A stretch of DNA of 64,000 nucleotides from Trichoplax adhaerens. Taxonomy: Eukaryota; Animalia; Placozoa. The stretch is taken from positions 1,352,445-1,416,444 of the forward strand of contig NW_002060957.1 of assembly GCF_000150275.1 (NCBI RefSeq), read 5' to 3'. Positions 29,215 through 42,300 of the stretch are shown piece by piece; the first letter of the stretch is position 1; the number at the start of each line of letters is the position of its first letter. The notes under the pieces were generated by a model. It worked only from the letters and a program-made list of their open reading frames with translations. It had not been told where the DNA came from and searched no databases. A program made the translations under genes and the position numbers.

Positions 29215-32200
29215 TTAAGCACATAGAATAGGATGCGTTGTAATGGTAATTTCCTTACTGATCGGTTCCATATCTCTGCTACAAGACCAAGTCAAAGAAG
29301 GATGAAGATTAGCGTCAACAAATAAGCCATTCATTTCCATATTTTTGGCGGTGATTTCTTTTACGTTTACTTCTGATTGAGGAGATTTTTCACGTAACGT
29401 TTCTTTCAATTGATTCTTTATTATTGTATCTTCTGACTTTATTGATGAAGTGTAATTTTCAACCGATTCTTCGTCTACGCTCGAATTGCTAGATTTCAAT
29501 TCTTCATCTACGTTGTCCCATTCGTTACTCACTATTTCAGAATCAGCTCTTCCAAGCGACCAACAGAAAGATGAATAAGTTACAGTTTCCTTAATAGCGC
29601 TGATTTGTTCCTCTACGTTTTGCTCCGGTTGATCATGATCATTAGGTAATGATGCTGCTAATTGATTCCCTTTGCTCAGATCTTCTTGAGTACTAGTTTC
29701 TGGGAATGAATGGTCATTATGATCTATGCTTGATTTGTGTCCTGTAACTATTTCTTCTATATGACTGCAAACACTGGTGTTTCTATTGGACTTGATAACC
29801 ATTTTAAGAGGTGGGTTTGTAGTATTATTTTGATGGATGGTAGGTAGACTAGTTTGAATATTATTTTGCAATTCGCTCCATGTTGAAACATTTCGAGCAC
29901 TACGATTTATAGAATATCGATTCGGTGTACGAGGACTACTCCTACTGGAATTGATACCTTCGATTTGATCGCTGTTTTCTGAATTATTGTCGGGATTGTT
30001 AGAAGTACTGGAAACTTCTCTTAACAACATCCCTATCTCAGCGTATGCTGATTCTGGATCATCTACGGTGACTTGAGTTAATGTATAATTTATTTCATTA
30101 CTTGATGAGACAGTAGGTTTAGGTTTTGCCTTCTTCTTATGTAACCATTTGAAGTAGCTTATAATGACCAAGACTGCAATAATGATTGCAGTGATGGCTA
30201 CCAATATATATGGTATTAGGATTGATATAGAATGCTGCGGTTCTATTGAAATGAAAAATAATGCAACAATTACTTTAGTTATTGTAGCTTTATCTTTATT
30301 TAATCATTAAAATGATTCGATATCCTTAATGATATTTATCCTTGTCTGGAAAGCAATGTATTATAAATAGTTTACAACTAGTTCAGTGTAATATTTCGAT
30401 ACCTGTCGAGCCAGAAGAAAGCAATAGCTGAGTAACAGTTGATTCATCAGAAGTAAATAAGTTCTCTTTAGTTATAGGAGTAGTTGCTAGTCCTTCGTTA
30501 ACTTTCACCGTAGATTTTGGTGTAAGCTTCCATGTATCTACTATTTTATTATCCTTCAAATAAGTTGAGGAGGGTGAAGGAGCTGTAGGGGTTAAAGTTG
30601 CAGTATTCTGTATAGCCATACTAGTAGGATTTTGGAAATTACGGTCAATAATCGATGTAGTAGTATCTCCATGAACTTGATGAGTTATCCAAGTAGTTGT
30701 CGATAACGTTGTAGCATCATTATTGTCTGCATTGTCAATTTTTGTAGACGAAGGGCTACTTTTAGGGATTGATATTGAAGATAAACTCATCGTAGGCTTG
30801 TTTGAATTTAGACTTGCTTGAACTGGCTGAATACTAAAATTAAACTTACTCGTATTTGCACTTTTAATATTATACTCTGACTCTGCATTGGCAAACCAAA
30901 AGTACTTTTGATTCTTAGAAAAGGGGTTGAGATGACATTGAATGCTTCCACTATGAACATTCTAAGGAGCAACATAGATACAAAAGCAATATTCAGCAAG
31001 TTTAGAGCCGCTAAAGGGTAATGGAATAATTTGCAGCTGAATGCCTTTTACAAAAATGAGACATGGTACTTTCATGTATTGATAGGAAATATAAATGGTT
31101 ATCTGTTCAAGAATGCTTATTGCATCAAGCAGATCCGGATTTGATTATGTGCTACTTATAAGCCACAGTAAATGTAAATAATTATCTGCACAGAAATTTT
31201 TATTGTATCGAACTGATCTGGGTATTATTAATTAAGGTAGTTTAATATTCATGTTAATTTAAGTTACCTTCTGTAATAATTTGACCTCATTATTCACCAT
31301 CAGGTAAAAGTTATAGGTATAATCGATTAAGTAATAGCATGATTTCCTTTTCTGGCAAGTAAATTGGATAGCTTTTCTCCTATAGTCAACGAAACTTTGA
31401 CAAAGTGGAGTTTCCGGCTGAACTAAATTTTTATGTAACCAAAGTTGCAAATAAAGCTTAGTCTATTAACAAGTTGATTGGTTTTATACCGCTTACTTAA
31501 TGCACAAGTTTTTGTACAGACTTGACTACGTAAGATACTTATTTAACCGCGATATTGTTCGGATATCACTGAAATTTAAAATAGCAAGATTTAAGATCTT
31601 TTAAGTTACTTACAGCGCTTATAAGGTAATATCGTGTATTGATCGGATAAAGATATCATTTTATTTTCAGAAAGTAGCATTATCCGATAGTCAAAAACTG
31701 GGCTATTCAGATTTCTTGGTAATTCTATCGTACACTTTGTTTCATTCGTGTTATAGCAAGCCAGAGAAGAGGAGATACTTGCAGTAAATGACCAATATTT
31801 ATATTTAACAGCGTAGTGCAAGCGTCTGATAGGTAAACATTTAGAATTATTCGATGTACGTGACGTCCATGATATTGAGATTCGATTGCATATGACAGAA
31901 ATCTTGATATCATCAAGAGCAATGTTTGAAACTGGTTTAAAAAAGAATTAACGGTTATTAGAGTTTCGTCGATAAATTAAAAATTGGAAGTACTTTACGG
32001 CAACCAGAATCTACTCGCAATATAATGAAAAATTTCCAGTTAAATCAGCTTTTTAGCTCTTAATTTCTATGTTATATTAAACTAGTGGAGAAGTCATTTG
32101 AAGATTACGATCATTAATCCTAAGTTCCGAATAAATGGTATCCGGTTAAATCACCCAACTTAGCCCTTAAAAGTAATATATTAAATTAAACTAGCGTAAA

Positions 32201-34678
32201 GTCACTTAATGGTTCTCATCAAATTTTAAGTTCCTTATGATTCATAATTAAACCTAATTTACGGCTGAAGCCTATTTCTTCTGTCAGATAATCGGATAGG
32301 TTATTTCACAAATTAAATTTATTATTAACGTTGCATTACTATCAGTGCTATGTGGGATAGAACTTGACGTAATTTTTTACCGTAAACTATATCTTAGCAC
32401 TTGAAATATCTAATTTTACTTTTAGGAAATGGGCTCATAATGTAATGGATTGCATGTGTGTGCGTATAATACGCACACTCAAGAAGCGAAAAATTTTTCG
32501 AAAATGGTAAAGCGCATACACTCTATAAGACAAGGAGAAATGAACATGGCTAAATGTTTAGCCAGGTCTGATAGAATGCCTCTCATTATTAGAAATCGTA
32601 CTGATCTCAAATTACGAAGATATCTCCTTGATTACTTTTACAGGTAATTGGAATATCACTAAAACTGTAATATTATTTTAAATTAGGTTAAAATCTATAG
32701 TGTTTGCTTACAATCATTTCCTTATATTATGCGCATTGAAAGGCAGTAAATGTTGTAAAATATCTTTCACGAGTTTACTAACTTATATTAAAACTTAGTT
32801 TAGAAAAAATTCGTAATAGGTTATATGATTGTTTTACCAGTATTTAAAACGCACAATTTTCGAGTAAAATTGAATATTTTAGCTTTACTTTACTGCACTG
32901 CAAATAGAATTTTGTAATAAATGTTTGAGCTTCTAGTCCATTTATGCTACACCCTAATTTATTTATATAATTGACGTAATGTTTGGTTTAAAACTCAAAA
33001 ATAATAATAATAACCTAACAATAACAGGTTAATTATAGCATGCAAGACTCATTTCATGCTAACTACCATATCAAAGCACATTTCTTATGAAATAGATAAG
33101 TTTAAACCAATTATTTCGAAAAGCTAAACTTTGCACTCGTTCGAAAGTAGAAATGGATTTAATGTGAAACTATTTAAATTGGAATTAATTTCTATTGTTG
33201 CACTCTATACAATAATAAGTTAGGAATAAAAAAAACAATATAATATTACTGCACGTTGAGTTGGATATACTAATGAAGATTCGTAGATTTGCAGTAGCTA
33301 TCCAAATCATGCACTACGTGGTTTGGACGTTTGAACAGTACGTTATATTTACTCGCAAATTGAAGAAATAAATTAATACAGGACCGAATAAAAGCTTACC
33401 TTTAGGATTGCATGAAGAGCTGCCAGGAAGATTCTTACTCCTTCCTAAGTAGGCGGTTATTCAGATAGAAATTGTGGCAAAAGATTCAAAATTAGTTTTT
33501 GCATAGTAATATAATGACTTCCTATCAGAAAATTCAAAAGCATCGTCTCCATAATGAATATGTTAAAGGTGCTTTGATTCATTAATCTAACGTTCTAATT
33601 AGTTTCTGCGGCTATCATATATTACTTTATTATTTACTATTAAAATGTGATATAAAATTCCATAATTTGTAGAAAATTAGAACTTTACTCGATCTTTATA
33701 CAACGATTACGTATACACGACTCTACTGTAGCTGAATATGACTACTAGAAAGATTTCTAGAAAATAATTACTAAATAGTACTATAACATTAATTGAATGT
33801 AACATTAACTAATAAGAATAGTTACTAACATCAGTACAGAAGGATTTATATTAGTACAGAGACCTTATCTTAATTGTGTTAATGTCAGCAACCTTATCTA
33901 ATAAGGAAATCACTAATGTGTAATATACGATGTGTAGTGTGAATCACTAATAAATAAGATCGTTGTATATAAGCCATTTTTTATTTATTATAGTTTAGTT
34001 CCTTAATTGCTGGTCTTGACGCTGATCTCTCAACAAACGTAATAAAATAGCCTATTATTATCTAGCAACGTATAGATTACTGTGAATTTGATTACGTGTA
34101 TAGAGTTGCCTGCTTACATATTGTACTTTTTGTAGCGTTTATAGCTACAACCAGCATTGCAATATACTACTTTATTTTACAATTATCACATTACTTAAAG
34201 TAGTAATAACATTTAAGCTGAGCAGCTATAATCCGATATGATAACAGCTAGAGTATTGACGCAGACGTGATTTCTATCATCCAAAGTACGACAAACCAAG
34301 TCCTAATGCATGAGTTACCTATATATTATTACTACTAGCAACAAAATGAACTCAAAATCCTACTAAAAAGGTAATCTATACTCTATCATGGAATCTTTAA
34401 TTATAGTCCATAGTTATGAGCCTTTAATTAAAAATGCTTTATGACAAAAATAAAAAGCTACGCTACTGTACAACATGCTAAATATGATTAATAAGTAACA
34501 ATTCGATATTATATTACGCTAAGTATGATACACGAGTGCATAACAACTTCAATGATAATAAAGTACCAGCTTTTGCAATAGATCGGTATTGCAAAAGTAT
34601 AAAATAATTCTTAATTGCCTTACCTGAAACTATGAATGACCATCCAAGCATAACTGCTAAACCTAATAGCAATTTCAT
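29215..34678 (-). CDS. Receptor-family gene 3: type I membrane protein with one FN3-pair module, mucin-like stalk, TM and ~310-aa cytoplasmic tail, ~719 aa
   Basis: Exons 34678-34624 (MKLLLGLAVMLGWSFIVS), 33444-33400 (Cys micro-exon, 45 nt as in gene 1), 31931-31614 (D1 CNRISISW..YAVKY..CYNTNETKC), 31422-31268 (D2a), 30961-30403 (D2b YFWFANA plus S/T stalk), 30242-29215 (TM ILIPYILVAITAIIIAVLVIISY, KKK stop-transfer, tail). Total 2160 nt, open throughout. Confidence 0.82.
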
Positions 34679-37299
34679 GTTGTATCGTAGCTCTTGAAAT
34701 GCAAATCGGTTATCGTACAAATATTAAATCAGTAACAAATTTATGGATAGTATGAACTATTATAACTTAATCTGTAACTAATAATCTTTTATGATATATA
34801 ACCGCAAGTATTTCAAATGTTATTTAATCTAAAGATGGACATATATATATATATTTAGGTGTATTAATAGACCGATATAGGGGGTATTGTGTTGAATCCC
34901 CACATGTAAACGGCGGTACATAATTTGAATAAATGAATATTGTGTAGGCCCTATATAGTATTTACTCCAATTTCTATTACGTCATCATGTAACAATATTT
35001 CCTACCATTACCTTATTATGGTACCTTAATGCAATATTATTAAAGTCAGGACGCTCTCATGCGTTTAAATATTCGATATAGTTATTACTCATCATTTAAA
35101 GGTCTTACGGCAAAAAAACAATCATAACAGTTTAAGAATAATGATCATTCCCGGTTTAATTTTCTACCTTATTTGCATATTAGGGAAGTCATAGTTTGAT
35201 TCGAAGTCTACAATACACCGATAGAATTTTTAAATTGGACATTGCCCATATTGATAAGTATGGAAAATCAGATGCTGTCCTATTAAGTTTAGAGTAATTG
35301 ATATCAGAAATATATTACAGTACGGTTGAGGGAGTATAAAGAGAATTGATGCAAAATCGATTGATTATCTGAAAGTAAGGGGGAAATTTCCCATAGTTAT
35401 TCGGCTATTCTTCCTTGGCGATTTAACGCTGACAAGGGCGGTATGAGTCATTACATAAACTGATGATCGATTACCGGAACTAATTAACATTCAATATAGC
35501 AGTACATGGAAAAAAACTAAATAAGATATTTATAGCTATGTCATCCACGTGAGCAGAGATTCTTTTCAATTCAATGTTTTTACACTGATTACTTTTCTAT
35601 CAAACTCCACTGGAAATTGTAGTATAGATAAATTATTGTTTATATTTCTATTGCAGTATCCTTTTGATACTTTATTAACATCAAGCTTCTATTATAGATG
35701 AATAATGACTTTATAAATGATTTTGGAATTATGATAAAGGTGATTTCTTCTTATCAGACGTTAACGTGATTTTTCAGTCGATCTCTCACCATGCAAAAAA
35801 CGTAGTCGCTCCACCACACATTATATTATGAAAAAGTCGTTTAAGTATTAAAAACTTGTTCCTGCAATAGATTTATTCGTATCTATTTCTATATATTCTA
35901 ACAATTAACTGTCAGTTACAGTAATACTTTTGGTAGTGTTTATTTTTTGCACAAAAATGCTGTTGCTAAGATTAGAAGTATGTTACTACTAAACTTCATT
36001 GAATGTAAAGAAATTTCCGCTATGTTGGAAGAACGAGTAACAAAATAGTTTATACTGCATTAGAAAAAGAAATTTGATGACCCTTCACGTAATCGCCAAA
36101 TGTTGACCAGGCTAGAAATTACGATAAAATTCTTAAATTATTGAAATAATTTACTTAGGAAGCTCGATATAATAACATACAGCAAGAAACCTACGATATG
36201 ATTCAATATAAACTATTGATTATAATTATGTATCATCATAGCAATTTGAAACAATAAATATCTAGAGTCTGCTAGTAATTTTTAAAAGCACTAGGATGAA
36301 ACCAGAAGCGCTAGCGACTACAAAATTACAGCTAAATGGTAAGGATAATTTATATAGTGGTATCCAATGGTTAAGAAATATTATTATCTCCTTATCCCGG
36401 TAGCAATTAAATAAAAATTTGTTGAAATAGTAATTTTAGCCAGTTAAACTACAGTCAAATATGTTGATTAAAAGCTGCCTATAAATCAGAAAGACTTTGT
36501 AGGCCTGAAATACTCATACAGCAACTAGATTCCAATTACGAAAATAAAGTACGGTAGTAATCTGTTTCATCATTAATCCTCTTGATTGCAACATCGATCC
36601 TAACAAGAATTTACCTCTAGCTGTGACTGAGAATGTCTACTTAGTAATAATTTTTGCTTGCCATATTATTATTATGATTTATTTTTACTCCTTCTCTTCA
36701 ATAACAAACAATATTTATTTATTCGACAATTACAGAACATCAGAGATAAAGATCTCTGCACCTTAGAATTATTTTTGCGTATACTAAATCTTTTCGTAAT
36801 AAATGAAAAATCTGCTAGTATTACAACGGCTCTAATTGTTGCTTAATAAACTGTGAATATACGTATTTAAAGGCGGTAATAAGCATTCTTTACAGTCATT
36901 AAGGCTAGAAATGAGATCTTTAGCATTTTCCTTGCAACTTATTGATACGCCTTCATAATTGTATGTTGACTGCAACAGAATCATGAAATCATAGATCAAT
37001 AACAATCATAGCATTGGCATTATCGTAAACTCTCAAAGATCAATTATAAGACAATCTTAACGTTCTCTTACTCTTATTTATGTGCTTATGTAGGACAGTC
37101 CTTAAAATAGCGCAATAGGTGGTAGGTAATTGATGAAAGATATTTAATCATGTAAGATTGACAGCATATGTTAGTAGTTGTAGACGAACTAAAATTCAAG
37201 ATTGCTTTAAGCACGGATCTGCGCCAAATAATTAAAAGGTAAATTTTAGTAGGAATATTTATTAAGATGATTGGACACCAAATTATAAGTTATCGAATT

Positions 37300-38300
37300 T
37301 GAATCACTTCTGATTTTGAGACACTTTATCACACTCTTCAACATGACGTGATGACTATAATAAAAACTATACAATCATAAGCCGATAGCAATCGCATCAT
37401 TGACATCTTTTTAAATGCTCAAGAATACGATTCGACTGACCTTTTAATCATAGATCACATTAGGCAACTTAATATGCGTCAGTGAGTACAGGAATGATAA
37501 TATTCGTAGCCCTTCAATAAAGTAAAATTGAAATGTTTGTACGAGAGATCTGAAATCAAGTCAAATGCACTATCGTATCATTTATCTGATGAAAGAATTA
37601 ATCATTCCCTAGCTTTAGAAATAACTATTTTAAAGAAGTGGTAGCTCTCTACATAAAGTGTTTGTTATGATGTTACAGTATTTCGATCATTGTTATCGTT
37701 TGTCACTTTTCCAGCATGTTGTAAAATGCTACTACTATTGACAGTTTTGGTGTTATAAATCACTTTGGCACTGCTCTTTTCACAATCGATAGAATCTACA
37801 ATGATTGAATTTTCGAGAAGAAAATTGAGATAAGAACTTCCTCATATAGTGATATATCACTAATTTACTTTTTGAGTTCCTCTAATAGGACTAATCAGAA
37901 CAAATTCGGAGCAAAATGGTTTCTACGAATCCTGATTAATGAATTTCTACAACTGCGGATTTAATTTCGGGATCAGGACAGCAGTTACCGTGCTGATTTA
38001 GACACTTATGTAATGAACTCTTTCACGATCTCTGAATCATACTATAAGTAAGAATTATTAAATCGTTAAATTAACTTCTTAGATTTGTATAAGAACTAAA
38101 TTCTATGATTGTCGTAGAATTCCAGGAAAGTAAAATTAATAATATTGCATCCTTTACTAACAACATCACCATACTTGTATTTGGTATAGCTAATGAATAC
38201 TGCTAATAATGATGTAATTAGTATCATTAAAAGCATTACAATATTGGAATAATCTTTATAATATTGCTCAGAACTATGCAAGATTCGTCATATCTTACTT
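37300..38300 (-). pseudogene. Possible orphan decayed TM/tail exon
   Basis: ORF 38096-38281 has a TM-like stretch IVMLLMILITSLLAVFISY-TKYK resembling gene 3 (VLVIISY-FKW), followed by stop-interrupted polar coding-like sequence. Confidence 0.25.
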
Positions 38301-39350
38301 ATATGCTAGGTAATTTTTATTTTATTTAAGAAAAATCATAGAAAATAAATCTGTAAAACAAGAAGAATTGATGAATTGATACAGTTTAATCTAACAGTAA
38401 TTTTAAGCCCAAATTTCATTTTTTAGCTAACAACTGCTGCTTGAAAAAATATAGCTACAGCGTACTATATGTGAAACAATCTCATGCAATATATTATAAA
38501 TCTATTTTCATAATATGACATCGAAAGATTGAACTATCAAATCCAGTGAATTATATCATTTGCAAATTACTAGCCGCTTCTGTAATAAATTCGGAATAAG
38601 ATCATAATTAACGCCGAAAATTTCCAACTCAATCGAAAGTCGTATTCAAAAAACTTGTAAATTAAAGTCCAATGCTTATTAAAATTTATGCTTCATTATT
38701 TGACTATCGTAAACTAAGGAGATAAATTCTTGGTTATTCTATTCGCAGATCGATATATAATTATGGCGATATCTTATTACAATTTTCTCAGATGGTGATG
38801 AATTAATACATAGATCGTATCAACTACGCAATTAACATTTGAACTTGTCGAATTTTTAACCAAGTCGAGAATGCTAATAGAATTCTTAAGCATAGAATTC
38901 AACAGTCTATTTCGACTGCCTAGCCTTTAAAAATAATCGAATTTTTTTCATCTTAAGTAAGGTAGACAAAATTATTCAGCTGCAAATACGAAATCGAGAA
39001 AAGAATTAATTATATCTATCAGATTTAGTTGCTATACTATTCTCATCTTTTGCGACAGCAAGCATGTAGCAACAGCGATAAACTTATTATTTGACTAATT
39101 TATTTCACAGTAATTGTATCCCATTTAACTACATACTCTAAGATAAAAAATTTGCCAATAATTCGTTTTTTATAGAATGATTAATAAAATATTTTTCTAC
39201 CTGCAATTGGATATTAAGCGGCTGCTGTTTGTAATCTAAATTTAATTAAGGCGATTAGCTACTAATTTGTTTTTATTAGAGACAATATAACGTCCCTTCC
39301 AATGAAATACGTAAATCTTGTAATATCCAATTATTAATTAATAGAGGAAA

Positions 39351-42300
39351 TTATTCTACTCTATTTTCGATTGGATGAACATTAGTCAAGGATAAGATAC
39401 TTTGGGAATCATAGTTACTATCATCTGACGATTGATCAGACCATTTATCAAGTAGGCTAAATCCAGAAATATCATCGCAATTACGCCATGTATAGGAATA
39501 TTTAGCATAGTTTTCATCAAAATATTGAAATAGTGAATTCGAAGAGTCCGTTCGCCTAGCAGAATCCATACTTAAATCTCTATGATACCTGTTAGAAAAC
39601 GGGAAATTTTCATAGGCTGGAAGCCTAGTTAACGAACCAATATCTGCAACGTTGCTATTTCCAGCGGAACATATTGCAACTTCAGAATTGGAGTAAGTAA
39701 TCCTTGAAGTAAATGGATAAAATGTTAGAGTTACATTACTAGGAAATGATGCCAGTGAGCTATTAATATCTTGTTCGTTAATATCTATAGCATTGACATC
39801 GGTAACTCGATAGCCTTCCGTCAATCTTTTATCATCTTTAGTACCAGTCTCAAAATTAGAATAACTTCTCATGAGTCGATTATTGTTCATATTACTTATT
39901 CCAGGTAATCTGTTAAAATTTTCAGTTGTATCGAAATCTTGGAACTGATTTTTTGCAAAGGGTAAATCGTAGTAGGAATTTTCTTTCGCATCATTAACCC
40001 CGGTTTCGATATTGGAATAACATCTCATTAGTCCATTAATACCCACATGAATTAATGGAGGCAATCTGTTAGGCACAACAATTCCACCAGAAGTTCGAAA
40101 TTGATATCTTCTAAATGAAGAGCCATCATTGAAGATTCTCTCAGTTTTTAAATCGTTGTGGAAGTTTCTCACGGTATGATTCACTTGCTCTACTGTAGGA
40201 GCATAATTATTGATGAGCATCTGTTGAAATAAATCAGTATACCCTATGGATAGATTAGAAGATACATTTTTTTGTCTAAAAGCGGCAAACTGGGCTTGTT
40301 GGTCATCATTTTTATTAGTGAAATCAAGACTGGCAGAACTTTCTCGATTGTTGATAGGCCTGTTTTGTAGATTTTCTTCAATATTTATAGCTACTTTTCC
40401 ACCCTTTTGTCTATGTTGTAATTGATTATCAACACGAGATAAGATCGCGCTTTCGTAGTTAACTTGTATAATGTTATCAGATAGACTTGCGGTTGGATCT
40501 ACTTGCTCATTATTTTGATCTTCATTAGCGTTATTTCGATTTAAACAAGGATTTCTTAAACTATATCCGTTTTGCAATTGATCAGCCACTCGAAATGGAG
40601 CCACGCTCTTGTTCTTATCTACATTGCTATTAGGTAGATTTGTGATTCGATCCATTGGGATATCAACCTGATTTTTATCAATATCTCCACTATTTTTACA
40701 AGGATAGCATACAATTACATGGTTAGCAGATCTATCGGCAATATTCGTTTTTACCTCGTAAGAATTTTCTCCATTGCACTTGCTTATGACGTTTTTAGTC
40801 GACTGTTGTACATAGCATGCTAATATAGAGAGTACAAATAAAATACCCAATAGGACAACTATTATAATATAACATCCGATAGCTGAAGGTGCCGAAGTTC
40901 CTATAGATATTCAGAATGAAACAAGATATAGTCGTCTCTGCTAGCTTTCTATTCAATTAGAAGACACTTGATAATCAAATATTCTTTGCCTCTGAGGTCT
41001 AATAAAAGAACATCTAAAATTAATCGGTCTCTTACCAGTTGAAATTGTTGACCTTGTTGTAGTTGTCTTACTCGTGCTTGTATCTGTATTTTCATTATTC
41101 TTGCTATAAGTAGCTCGCCTAGTTTCTAGTAACATTTTAAACAATAAATGATGATCATATTACTTTTCAAATATTTGAAAGATATCACAAATTATATTGA
41201 TTTTGAAGCTCTTCTAGAAGACACCATCATCTAACAATATTTATGATATTTATGATATTGCTGTAAAATCTATACCTGCAGTATTTGACATAGTCCATGC
41301 TTTAGAACCTAAATCGTTGATGGTAGGCCTGATAGTCTTAAGTAATTTATAAGGAATCAAAGTTGAGACCTGACTTTTTCTCGGAGTAGTATAGCCACCC
41401 AAACTTGGTGTATAGCCTATATCAAAATTGAAATTAAGATACTGTTATATAAACATATTTCTCAAGATTGCGTAATCATAGAAAGAGCAATCATAATTTG
41501 ATTACTTTAAGCCCAGCCTATACTACGAAGTCCATGAATTATATTAGCTATAATTTGTCAAAATTTTTATTAATACTTTGAGATCAAGTTGATAAGTATA
41601 CGTATGATAACATCTTTAATAATGTAGTTAAACAGCTCCATGATTCCACTTAAAGTCTAGTGTATTCATTTAAATAATGACCAATTCTGGATTAAAATAG
41701 ACTGCTTAATTTGTAAAATCATCATCCACTTATAAAAACAGCTGTAAAAGTATAGAACAACTATCGGTTGAAATTACTTAATTCCATTTGACCATATTTC
41801 AATTATTAGTAGCAACATATCACTTTAAGATCACATATGAGCTACTACTGCCAGTCTGCAATACTGGCTAGTATTCATATGAAGGGTGAGAGGACTAATT
41901 TATACTAAAGATAATAATTTATTTAAGAAAGCCACTAGATATTTTATTTTAGAGAAACTTTACCATAAACCGTGAAATCTTTAACGTCTTTAACTAGAAT
42001 CAATTTTGTAGCTATACAAGAAATCGCTAGCCATATCAGCTGAATGCTTAAAGTACTATTAATGGCATAATAAAAGTTATTACTTGCTATTATTGGTTTC
42101 CCTGCAGATTCAATTGGTACTGGTGAAATATCTGGATATAGCCATGGACATATGATTGGCCGACATGGAAAATTGGTATTCTCATCAGTAGTAGCAGAGC
42201 TCCTCGTTTTGGTCGCAGTCGCATCAGGTTTTATCTCACTTCTCTCGTTAGATGGGATACTAAATGACCATTTCGTGGTATTATCACTAACTAATTGAGA

